Below are positions 25,307 to 37,494 of a DNA stretch of 64,000 bases, piece after piece. Both the position numbers and the translations under genes were made by a program. The notes below the pieces were generated by a model. That model had not been told where the DNA came from and ran no database searches. It was given only the letters and a program-made list of their open reading frames with translations. The first letter of the stretch is position 1. Each line of letters begins with the position of its first letter. Source of the stretch: Eledone cirrhosa (taxonomy: Eukaryota). Where the stretch lies: the NCBI GenBank assembly GCA_964016885.1, contig OZ024751.1:14446001-14510000 (forward strand). Direction: 5' to 3'.

Positions 25307-25339
25307 TCACAGACATCCAGTAACTATACCATATTACAT

Positions 25340-25730
25340 TGCACTACACTACACCACGGTATACTATATCACACCACACCACACCATCCCATACTACACT
25401 ACACCACACCATACCACACTACAATACACCAAACCACACCATCCCACACCATACCACACCATATCATACCACACTACACCACACTAAATCACACTACACC
25501 ACACTACACCAAACCACACCATACCACACTACACCACACCACACTACACTACTTCACACTACACCATACCACACCATCCCACACCACACCACACTACTCC
25601 ACACTACACCATACCACATCACACTACACCACTCCACCAAACCACACCACACCACACTTCCCCATACCACATCATACTACACCACACCAAACTACACTAC
25701 ACCATCCCACACCAAACCACACTACACCAT
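25340..25730. repeat. Degenerate (CACCA/CACTA) pentanucleotide repeat
   Basis: Direct periodicity. Confidence 0.85.
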
Positions 25731-26066
25731 TATAGAGATGATGATGAAGGACCAAATGAGGAGGGAGAGTGGAGGGGTGAGGGGGGGGGGGGGGGGTGAG
25801 CTAGTTCAGTGCTAAGTAAGCAAATTCATTGAAGAAAAACTTCTACCTAATGATGGTGGAGAGTGGGATAGGAAGGGGAGATAATTGTAGTGTGACATAT
25901 TGTATGAAAGGTCATACATACTTGAATAAGTCAACTCATAGAACTAGCATAGTCACACAGACATGTGTGTGAATGTATGTGACCTGTGTGTGTATGTCTG
26001 TGCATATGTGCGGACCATGTGTGTGTGTGTGTGTATATATATATATACATATATATATATACACAT

Positions 26067-26473
26067 ATGGTGGCTGCCAACTCGTTTTCGAGTACGGCCA
26101 CTACTTTATAACCATGTAGGAGAACCCCTACCGATGCGTTGAACGAGTGTGACTTTTTAGTCCAGCCAGCGACTTGAAAACTCTGGTACAAACACTACAC
26201 TTGTGACAATTATTGACACATACTGCTGGGCCCATGGTACCATGTGACGACAAGTGCAGAGAGATCTCCAGATATAAAGCAATGCCTGTGCCGTGAAGCT
26301 TTTATAGTGAGCAAAGGCACTGCACAAAGCCAGTCCCACTCTCTTAACCAAGATGATATTTACCAAAAAGAAGAACAAGTCAACATCATTGGATACCATC
26401 AGGGTTGCAGGTGTTATATCAGAGTTTTCCTTCTCCTAGAATTCTGCCTCGACAAAGGCTAAGGGGTCATCTC
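26067..26473 (-). mobile_element. Non-autonomous bipartite RTE-derived element, 5'-truncated copy
   Basis: Near-identical to 55838-56245; minus strand carries the RTE 5'UTR-type motif CTAGGAGAAGGAAAACTCTGA and 3' end GGCCGTACTCGAAAACGAGTTGGCAGCCACCAT. Confidence 0.7.
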
Positions 26474-26697
26474 TCCCATATACACATATATACAAATATA
26501 TATATATAGACACATATATACATACACATATATACAGATATATATACACACACATATATACATACAGATATATACAGATACATATACACACATATATACA
26601 TATATATACATATATACATATATATACATATACATACATATATATACATATACATACATATATATAAATATACATACATATATATAAATATACATAC

Positions 26698-26728
<31 letters not shown>

Positions 26729-26749
26729 AATATATACATACACACACAC

Positions 26750-26780
<31 letters not shown>

Positions 26781-26921
26781 CGTATCTGTGTGTATGTCAT
26801 TGTTTGTGGATATATGTATAGTGTGTGTATGGTGTTTAGGTGGTGTCTGTATGTAAAAGATGTGTTTCTGTGTGAGATGTGCCTATGTATGTGTGGACAT
26901 ATGTGAGTATATATATATATA

Positions 26922-27356
26922 CGACATGCAAAAGTACACAAACTCCAACCACAGCCGACTATTCCCAGTAAATGTTTTGGTTGCCGACTCTGTGCAAGAC
27001 ATTTTAGATCATTGGCTGGGCTAAAAAGCCACATTCGATCGCAGCGCTGTTAGTTGCTATCGTGTGTGTGAGTGTGTGTGTATAGATGTTTATGTGTGTG
27101 CGTGTGTGTGTGTATATATATGTATATGTATATTATTGTTGTTGTTGTTGTCGTTATTATTACTGTTATTAATGTATATGTGTGTATGTATATATATGTG
27201 TGTGTATGTATGTATGTATGTATGTGTGTGTATATATATTTATTTTTTTTTATTTTATTTTATTTTTTATTTATTTATTATTATTATTATTATTTTTTTT
27301 TTCCTTCTCCTCGTGCAATGGCCATACTCGATAACGAGGGGGGCAGCCATCATCAT
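26922..27356 (+). mobile_element. 3' end of a second RTE-type LINE family (C-terminal C2H2-like finger; 3'UTR split by microsatellite)
   Basis: 26922-27053 translates [43 protein letters not shown]; terminal GGCCATACTCGATAACGAGGGGGGCAGCCATCATCAT ending at ~27356. Confidence 0.6.
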
Positions 27357-27363
27357 ATATATA

Positions 27364-27440
<77 letters not shown>

Positions 27441-27444
27441 GTAC

Positions 27445-27495
<51 letters not shown>

Positions 27496-27877
27496 TATAT
27501 ATATACTCACATACACCCACACATGAATGCATATATATATACATTCGCATGTCGTCTGTGTATGTGTGTGGGTGTGTATGTGTGTGCGTATCTGTGTGTC
27601 TGTGTGTGCGTATGTGTGTGTGTGTATGGGTGTGTGTATCTGTATGTGTGTGTGTGTGTGTGTGTAGGTGTGTGTGTATGTGTATGTGTGTATGCATGTA
27701 TGTGTGTGTATGTGTATGTATGTGTGTGTGTGTATGTACGTGTGTATGTGTATGTGTGTATGTATGTATGTGTGTATGTGTATGTATGTGTGTGTGTATG
27801 TATGTATGTATGTATGTGTGTGTGTGGGTGTATGTGTGTGTGTGTGTATGTGTGTGTATGTGTGTGTATGTGTGTAT

Positions 27878-27916
<39 letters not shown>

Positions 27917-29629
27917 GATTTTGCTGAGAAAAAATAAGAATAATTTACTTTTCCTGATGAAAGCTAAAGAAAAGTTGCATATCTCATAAAAGAGAGAGTT
28001 GAGTCTAATTAACTCCACGAGGAGGGGGGGGGGAGGGGGTGTAAATGGGGAGAAGTATGGGGAGGAGGAGGGGTGTAAATTGGGAGAAGTATGGGGAGGA
28101 GGAGGGGTGTAAATTGGGAGAAGTATGAGGAGGAGGAGGGGCAGAAGGGGAGGATGAGGTGTAAAAGAGGATGAGGAGCAGAAGGGGAGGATAAGGTGTA
28201 AAGGAGGAGGAGGAAGAAGTAGGGGGGGGGGGAGGATGAGGTGTAAAGGAGAAGTAGGGGGAGGAGGATGAGGTGTAAAGGAGGAGGAGGGTGAGGTGTG
28301 AAGGAGGAGAAGAGGAATCCGGGGGGGGGGGGAGACAGACATTACAGTTTAGTTCTACACACAGCAATATTTGTCTTACCTCTTCTTTTCACACATACAC
28401 ATGTACATACACATACACACATTTACAATTACATTCACACATGTACATACACATACACACATGTACATTGATATAGAGATACATACATACATGTTCTTAG
28501 ATATATATATATAAATACACATGTACACATGTACATACACACATGTACATTGATATATATATACATACATACATGTTCTTAGATATATATATATATACAC
28601 ATGTACACATGTACATACACACATGTACATTGATATATATATATATACATACATGTTCTTAGATATATATATACACATATATACACACACACAGATGTAC
28701 ATAGATATATACACACACATACACATATGTACATTAATATATATATACACACACACATGTACATAGATATATACACATATGTACATTGATATATATACAC
28801 ACACATATATATATATATACACACACACATGTTCATAGATATACAGATACACATGTATATTGATATACATATATACACATATACATGAATACACACACAT
28901 ATATACTTAAATATACCCACACCAGTAAAACTACACAGCACTTGTGTGTGTGTGTGTCTACGTATACACACACATGGACTACACACACACACACACACAC
29001 CAGTAAAGCTACACAGCTATTACTAATGCTTCAATGTATATATATATATATATACACACACACATTGTCACATATATACACACAGACATTGACACATACA
29101 TACACACACACAGATTCATTTATACATACTCATACATACATAAATACACATACATAAACATACTCATACATACATAAATACACATACATAAACATACATA
29201 TACACACATACAGACTCATTCATATATACACATCGATATACATATACACACACATCGGTAAAGGCTAAATAGCCATAACCAATATATCAGTTTGTGTGTG
29301 TGTATGTATATATATATATATACATACACACACACACATATATATATATATATACACACATGCACACACACATATATATATACACATACACACACACATA
29401 TATATACACACACACACATATATATATATACACACACACATATATATATACACACACACACATCCATACATATATATATATATGTATATATATACATATA
29501 TGCACACACACACACTGACACACACATACACACACTCACATATTGATATAAATATATAGACACACAGCCAATCTAAGTAGGTTGCAGAAGTGTGGCCAAC
29601 CATTATAAAGGCAACTGAGAAACTAAATA

Positions 29630-30862
29630 GTCTAATGTCCAGGAATAATAGATTGTCTGTGAATAATAATTCTTCTCCAGGAATGGTAGAATAATGGTTC
29701 ATTGCCATGTCCATGTTTGTGGCAAAACTCATGGTAATTCTGTCCAGGAATGGTAGAACCATGGTTCATTGCATTATTCATGTTTGTGGCAAAAGCCATC
29801 TTAATTCTTTCCAGGAATGGCAATGCAATAGTTCATTGCATTATTCATGTTTGTGGCAAAAGCCATCTTAATACTGTCCAGGAATGGTAGAATCATGGTT
29901 CATTGCATTATCCATGTTTGTGGCAAAACCTATCATAATTCTGTCCAGGAATGGTAGAATGGTGGTTTATTGTCTTTGAAATATTTTATCCAAGTTTATG
30001 ACAAAACCCATCTTAATTCTTTCCAGGAATGGTAAAACCATGATTCATTGCATTATTCATGTTTGTGGCAAAAGCCATCTTAATTCTGTCCAGGAATGGT
30101 ACAGCGATGGTGCTTTGTCTTTGAAATGTATTATCCATGTTTGTGGCAAAAGCCAACATAATTCTGTCCAGGAATGGTACAGCAATGGTTCATTGCATTA
30201 TTCATGTTTGTGGCAAAAGTCATTTTAATTCTGTCCAGGAATGGCAGAACCATGGTTCATTGCATTATCCATGTTTGTGGCAAAAGCCATCTTAATTTAG
30301 TCCAGGAATGGTACAGCAATGGTGCTTTGACTTTGAATTAATTTATCCATGTTTGTAACAAAACTTATCATAATTCTGTTCAGGAATCGTAGAATGGTGG
30401 TTTATTGTCTTTGAAATATTTTATCCAAGTTTATGACTAAAGCCATCTTAATTCTGTCCAGGAATGGTACAGCGATGGTGCTTTGCTTTTGAAATATTTT
30501 ATCCATGTTTGTGGGAAAACTCATCTTAATTTTTATCCACGTTTGTGGCAAAAGCCTTTAAATTTTGTCCAAGTATGATATAGCGATGGAGCTTTGCCTA
30601 TTCATGTTTGTGGCAAAAGCCATCATAATTCTGTCCAAGAATGGTACAGCAATGGTTCATTGCCTTTGAAATAATTTATCCATTTTTGTAGCAAAAGTCA
30701 TCTTAATTATGTCCAAGAATGGTACAGCAATGGTGCTTTGATTTTGAAATAATTTATCCATATTTGTGACAAAAGCCATCTTAATTCTGTCCAGGATTGG
30801 TACAGCGATGGTACATTTCTTTTGAAATATTTTATCCAAGTTTGTGGCAAAAGCCATCTTAA
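29630..30862. repeat. Diverged minisatellite, ~67-75-bp unit x ~17
   Basis: CATGTTTGTGGCAAAAGCCATCTTAATTCTGTCCAGGAATGGTA recurs throughout. Confidence 0.92.
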
Positions 30863-31047
30863 TATGAGGTATTCATATCGAAACTTTATTTTCTGTTGGT
30901 TGGTTTTTCTTAAATTCAAATTCCCAAAGAATTTTCTGGAGGTTTTCTGTTCATTTCTAACAATATTTGTGGAACTCTTTGATCTGGGTGTCTGTGGAAT
31001 GAGGAGGTCTCTTCTATGCTGGACCCTATTCTGTTTTTGCTTTTGTT

Positions 31048-31157
31048 TTATTTTTCAGTGAGGTGACCGTCTACGATTCTGACAAGAGGACCGTTTTGTG
31101 CAGCTAGCAACACTTGGTGTTTCCCAGCTTGTCTCCAGATTTGGTTGTGGAACTTGG
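31048..31157. other. Candidate terminal exon, strand ambiguous
   Basis: Plus: acceptor TTTTGTTTTATTTTTCAG (ends 31058), EVTVYDSDKRTVLCS*, AATAAA cluster ~31176-31190. Minus: acceptor TTTTTTTTTCCAG, KFHNQIWRQAGKHQVLLAAQNGPLVRIVDGHLTEK*. Confidence 0.3.
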
Positions 31158-31239
31158 CTGGAAAAAAAAATTGAAAATAAATAAAAATAAACACATAATA
31201 AATATAATGCATTAAAGAATTAATTTTAAAAAAATAAGG

Positions 31240-31466
31240 TTTAGCATTTAAAACGGCCAGGCCATATCCGGCCAGAATTCTCTCACCTCTTTCTGTTCAA
31301 ATTGGCTGTAACTGGCCACTCATACTTATGTTAAAGTATTATTCTCAAAGTAAATAATATCAAAATCTCATAGATTTGATATTATGTGAGATAATTATGT
31401 AAGGAAAAGCCTTCACCCCCGAAATACAACAATAAACGTAGAGTAATGTAAATACTAAAGGGTTAA
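31240..31466 (+). mobile_element. piggyBac-type MITE
   Basis: TTTAGCATTTAAA...TAAATACTAAAGGG-TTAA; same family as 5119-5323. Confidence 0.75.
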
Positions 31467-31878
31467 TTAAGAATTAATAAGTTAAAATTTTAAAGTGATG
31501 TATATTTGACATCATGTGATGAATTGACAGACTCATTAAAATGTCAGATACAATGGTTTACAGTATTTGTTCCAGCTCTCTGCACTCTGAGTTCAAATCC
31601 TGCTGTGGTTAAATTTACCTTTTATCCTTTCGAGATAAAAAAGTACAATAAAAAAGTACAAGTCCTGTACTGGGTTTGATTTTCTTCTATATCTCTTTCT
31701 CAATTACTTTCCATCACTCTCTCTCTCTCTCTCTCTCTCTCGCTCTTTCTCTCTCTACTTCTGTAGAAATATTGGCTGTGTTTAGACCCAGAGAAGGGGA
31801 TGATCTCTGCCAGGTTTAGAATGTATGTAACTATGGCACCCAGGAGTTATGAGTCTATATATATACTTATATGACATC

Positions 31879-32108
31879 TTAACTCTTTAGCATTTAAACT
31901 GGCCATATCCAACCAGAATTCTCTCACCTCTTTCTGTTCAAACTGGCTGTAACTGACCACTCGTACTTATGTTAGGGTATTGTTCTCAAAATAAATAAAA
32001 TAAAAATTTCATAGATTTGATTATTATGTGAGATAATTATGTGCGGTAAAAACTTTACCATGAAAATACAATAATAAATATAGAGTAATGTAAATGGTAA
32101 AGGGTTAA
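31879..32108 (+). mobile_element. piggyBac-type MITE
   Basis: TTAA-CTCTTTAGCATTTA...TAAATGGTAAAGGG-TTAA. Confidence 0.8.
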
Positions 32109-33280
32109 ACTGTCTGAAACACCACCACTTCCACCGCCACCACCACCACCACCACCACCACCACCACCACTATCATCACCATCACCACCACCAACAACAC
32201 CACCACCACCACCATCATCACCATCACCACCACCACCACCACCATCACCACCACCAACAACACCACCACCACCACCACCACTATCATCACCATCACCACC
32301 ACCAACAACAACACCACCACCATCATCATTGTCTTTACATTAACTTTTCCATGTTAGCATGGGTTGAACAGGAGAACATTTTGAAGCAATGTTTTACAGA
32401 CAATGTTTTAAGAAAATAAAAAAAATGGAAAGTTATCCATACATCTGTAACAAACATATAAGCACCAACAAAAACAAACTACCCCACCTATATATAAACA
32501 TATGGGGTGTGGTGTCGTGGGCTGGGGGAATTGGATGTAAAACTAAAAATATAAATGAATGCCAACATTTTGAGTGGTATCTCTGTAATCAAATTGACAT
32601 ATTATTTATTGTAAGGAATTCTAAAATATACCTCAACTTTTTTTTTTTTTTTTTGGCACAGTTTTATTTCCTTGGATGTTTACAAGGTTTATGTACTTCT
32701 GAAATTACATTATTATTATTGTTGTTGTTGTTGTTGTTGTTGTTTATTATAGTTTGTGTGTGTTTGTTTGTTGGTTGTTGTTGTTGGTGGTGGTGTTGAT
32801 GGTGTTGGTGTTGTTGATGGTGGTGGTGTTGATGGTGGTGGTGGTGGTGTTGGTGGTGGTGGTGATGTTGGTGGTGTTGAATGCGGTGTTGGTGGTGATG
32901 CTGGTGGTGTTGATGGTGGTGTTGATGGTGGGTGTGTTGGTGGTGATGATGGTGGTGTTGAATGTGGTGTTGATGGTGGGTGTGTTGGTGGTGATGATGG
33001 TGGTGTTGAATGCGGTGATGGTGGTGGTGATGTTGTTGTTGGTAGTGGTGGTGTTGATGGTGGCAGTGGTGGTGATGGTAGTGGTGATGTTGTTGTTGGT
33101 GGTGGTGTTGATGGTGGCAGTGGTGGTGATGATAGTGATGGTGGTGATGGTGGTGGTGGTGATGGTGGAAGTGGTGCTTAGTCATTTGTTATTATTAATG
33201 GGTGTCAGTATCTAATATATGTATGCGTATATATATATATATATATATATGTAAATATGTTTTGAAATATATATATATAT

Positions 33281-33472
33281 AAATATAAAATGAAGGAAGT
33301 GTGGTAAGGAACCAGATGGACCATCATGCACCAGAGTACTCAATACTTTGGGTAGTAGAGTGGGTAATAGGAAAATGTTGAAGACCCCGACACCAGAGCT
33401 CAAGCCGTTTTGGCGGCTATTTCAATAGCTGCGAAACGGCTTGAGCTCTGCCATCGGAGTCTTGAACATTTT

Positions 33473-33477
<5 letters not shown>
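33281..33477 (-). mobile_element. PLE-like pLTR relic folded back at hammerhead stem II
   Basis: ~55-bp arms 33367-33421 / 33424-33477; GCGGCTATT-TC-AATAGCTGC-GAAAC-GGC; same family as 57606-57775. Confidence 0.6.
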
Positions 33478-33520
<43 letters not shown>

Positions 33521-33647
33521 TACTTTGGGAGGGTCATGTTGCCAATAAGAAACACACGCACCAGTATAACAATATCGGTTTCAACACACGTTTTCAGATA
33601 AAGAATCTTGCTAAACAAATTCAGAAATGAAATATATATATATATAT

Positions 33648-33937
33648 ATCATCATCATCATTTTACGTCCACTTTTCCCTGCTTGGAAGGGTGGGACGGG
33701 AACTGACTCTGGCTTGATTTCTACAGCTGGATGCCCTTCCTAACACCAACCTCATTTACAGTGAGTGCTGGGTGCTTTTTTGCCGTGGCACCTCCACGAC
33801 CACTTTGGAGTGGAATGATAGGGACCCCAGTCCCTATCATCTCATTTCTACAGCTGAGTAAACTGGAGCAATGTGAAATAAAGTGTCTTGCTCAAGGAAA
33901 CAACACATCACCCAGTCTGAGAATTGAACTCACAACA
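33648..33937 (-). mobile_element. Composite CORE-like / RTE-tail SINE (second copy)
   Basis: Colinear with 10318-10587. Confidence 0.75.
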
Positions 33938-34039
33938 ATATATATATTTATTTATATACACACATATCTTATACACACATAAATATAGCATGGAAAAAAC
34001 GGATGTAAATAATGATGATGATTATTATATATACATACA

Positions 34040-34118
<79 letters not shown>

Positions 34119-34392
34119 ACATCATCAACATTTAACGTTTGCTTTCCCTGCTGCTCAACAGGTTTACATAGACCACGTCAGTACTGAAGCGGGGCTACTG
34201 ACCTCCTGGACAAGCCGACAGGTCTGTATCCCACTTCTACATGGTCGTATCAAGTGCAAAGGAGAAGTTGTATCTTTTGACACGAACTGAAGGGTCTTCC
34301 TAACCCCTTGTTTGGCCAGCTAGCTGTGGCTGGATGCCTTTCATAACACCAACCACTTTACAGGGGGCTTTTAATGTGAGGATATATATATC

Positions 34393-34577
34393 ATTGTTTC
34401 TACGTTAGGCACAAGGCCAGCAATTACCCAGTACATTACTGGTACTTTATTTTATCGACCCCCGTAAGGATGAAAGGCAAAGTTAACCTCGGCGGGATTT
34501 GAACTCAGATCGTAAAGGGACGTAACTCTATGCTTCAAAGCATGGTGTCCGACTCTCTATCGATACTGCCAATCCAC
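34393..34577 (-). mobile_element. Meta/MESC-type SINE
   Basis: Reverse complement of the 6956-7146 type. Confidence 0.88.
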
Positions 34578-34607
34578 ATATAATGAGAGAGAGTATGTGT
34601 GTGTGAA

Positions 34608-34663
<56 letters not shown>

Positions 34664-34699
34664 TAGTAGTTACGATAGTTTTGACATGAAGAGTAAATG

Positions 34700-35932
34700 A
34701 AGAACAACGGCAACAACAATAATTCCAACAATAACAACAACAGCAGCAATAACAGGAACAACAACAGGAACATCAGCAGCAACAGCAACAACAACAGCAG
34801 CAATAACAGGAACAACAACAGGAACATCAGCAGCAACAGCAACAACAACAACAGCAATAACAGGAACAACAACAACAACAACACCACCACCACCACCACC
34901 ACCACCACCACCACCAACACCACCACCAACACCACCACCACCAACAACAACAACACCACTAACATCAACAACAACAACACCACCAACACCACCACCACCA
35001 ACACCAACAACAACAACACCACTAACACCACCCCCAACAACAACACCAACAACACCAACAACAACACCACCACCAAAAACAATACCACCAACAACACCAC
35101 CACCACCACCACCAACAACAACACCACCACCAACACCAACAACAACAACACCACCACCACCACCAACAACAACACCACCAACAACAACAACACCACCACC
35201 AGCAACACCACCACCACCACCACCACCACCACCACCACCACCACCACCACCAACACCACCACCACCAACAACAACACCACCAGCAACACCACCACCACCA
35301 CCAACAACACCACCACCACCAACAACACCACCACCACCAATACCACCAACAACAACAACACCACCACCAACAACACCACCACCAGCAACACCACCACCAC
35401 CAACAACACCACCACCACCACCACCACCACCAACACCACCACCACCACCAACACCACCACCAACAACACCACCAGCAACACCACCACCACCAACAACAAC
35501 ACCACCACCACCAACAACACCACCACCACCAATACCACCAACAACAACAACACCACCACCAACAACAACACCACCACCACCACCACCACCACCAACAACA
35601 CCACCACCAACAACACCACTAACACCACCACCAACAACACCACCACCACCACCACCACCAACACCATCACCAACAACACCACCACCACCACCACCAACAC
35701 CACCACCAACAACACCACCACCAACAACACCACCAACACCACCACCAACAACACCACTACCACCACCAACACCACCACCAACACCACCACACTAACAACA
35801 CCACCACCACCACCACCACCACCACCACCAACACCACCACACTAACAACACCACCACCACCACCACCACCACCAACACCACCACCAACACCACCACACTA
35901 ACAACACCACCAACAACAACAACACCACCAAC
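34700..35932. repeat. (ACC/AAC)n trinucleotide field; opposite-polarity (GTT/ATT) field at 36056-36430
   Basis: Low-complexity triplets; source of the poly-T/N and poly-V/L ORFs. Confidence 0.95.
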
Positions 35933-36919
35933 AAAATGGTAAACAATCAACTTAGAATGGATTCTTAAACAACATAAAATATGTAAATTCCAAAATGTGA
36001 ACTGAAACATTTTCTTTCTCACTTTCTGACATATTTTTGGCAGTAATGAGAGGCTTGTTGTTGTTGTTGTTGTTGTTGTTGTTGGTGGTGGTGGTGTTGT
36101 TGTTGGTGTTGTTGCTGTTGTTGTTGTTGTTATTGTTGTTGATGTTGTTGCTGTTGTTGAAATTGTTGTTACTGCTGCTGTTGTTATTGTTGTTGATGCT
36201 GTTATTGTTATTGTTGTTGTTGATGTAGTTATTGTTATTGTTGTTGTTGATGTAGTTATTGTTATTGTTGTTGTTATTGTTATTGTTATTGTTGATGTAG
36301 TTATTGTTATTATTGCTGATGTTTTTGTTATTGTTGCTGTTGTTGTTATTTGTGTTGTTATTGTTGCTGTTGTTTTTGTTGGTGTTGTTGTTGATGTTGT
36401 TATTGTTACTGTTGTTTATGTTCTTGTTGTTTAACCTCAACTTAACTCTTATCTATGATCTCAGGAATTCCATCCATGACCATCCCATCATAGTATTGGG
36501 AGGAGTGTGCATGTGTGTGAATAAATGAAATAATGTTTCCTTTCCTTTTTTTTTTATAAAACAGTGTTGTTGTTGTTGTAGGACCTCTGTTGTTTCTGAC
36601 GTTGAGTGCTCCAGTTTATTCATGAAATTATCATGAAAGTGGCTGAGCATTCCAGAGACATTGTCACACACCTTTAATGTAGCTAGTTCCCAAGGAGCTT
36701 CGGTGTTACACAATGTTTAGCAAGGCTAACTAACCCACTTGAATTACAGGTATAACTCATTTTTGCTAGCTAAGGTTGACTGGAGTAACCTGAAATAAAG
36801 TGTCTTGCTCAAGAACACAACCTCCTGCCTAATCCACGAATTGAACTCATGATCTTAGTATCATGAGCTGAGTACCCTAACCACTAAGCCACACACCTTC
36901 ATAAAGCAGTCAGGTATGT

Positions 36920-37130
36920 TTATCCCTTTAGCATATAAACTGGCCATATCCGGCCAGAATTCTCTAACCTTTTTTCTGTTCAAACCAGTCATAACTGGCT
37001 GCTCATACTTATGTTAAGGTATTTTTCTCAAAATAAATAATATCAAAATCTCATAGATTCGATATTATGTGAGATAAAGCCTTTACCATGAAAATACAAT
37101 AGTAAATATAGAGTAATGTGAATGTTAAAG
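36920..37130 (+). mobile_element. piggyBac-type MITE (worn ends)
   Basis: CCCTTTAGCATATAAACTGGCCATATCCGGCCAGAATTCTC...GAGTAATGTGAATGTTAAAG. Confidence 0.75.
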
Positions 37131-37180
37131 TACCTCATATCTTGGGTATATCATATTTTATTGTATCATAAGAGGTATAA

Positions 37181-37399
37181 GAGTGCTGAATTGGTAGAAC
37201 TGGTAGAGCATTGGACAACATGCTTTGTGGCATAAAGTTTTGTTCCTTTGCGCTCTGAGTTCATATCCTACTGAGTATAGCCCTGCCTTTCATCCCTACG
37301 GGGTCGATAAAATAAAGTACCAGTAACACACTAGGGTTGATTTAATCAACTTTCCCCTCCCCAAAATTGTTCGCCTTGTGCCTAAATCAGAAACCATTA
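37181..37399 (+). mobile_element. Diverged Meta/MESC-type SINE
   Basis: GAGTTCATATCC B box, GCCTTTCATCCCTACGGGGTCGATAAAATAAAGTACC core. Confidence 0.82.
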
Positions 37400-37494
37400 C
37401 AAGAGGTGTTTGATAAGCATTGGCATCAGGTAAGGCATACAACCATAATACACTGTCTTAAAATTGATATGGTCAAACATTTGTGGTGAGATAC

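Noticed and set aside
33560-33600. Minus-strand CTGAAAA-CGTGTGTT-GAAAC hammerhead-like motif
   Set aside because: Core and stems too degenerate to support
36453-36713. 86-aa minus-strand ORF and nearby splice-like signals
   Set aside because: No consistent acceptor/donor pair and no recognisable domain
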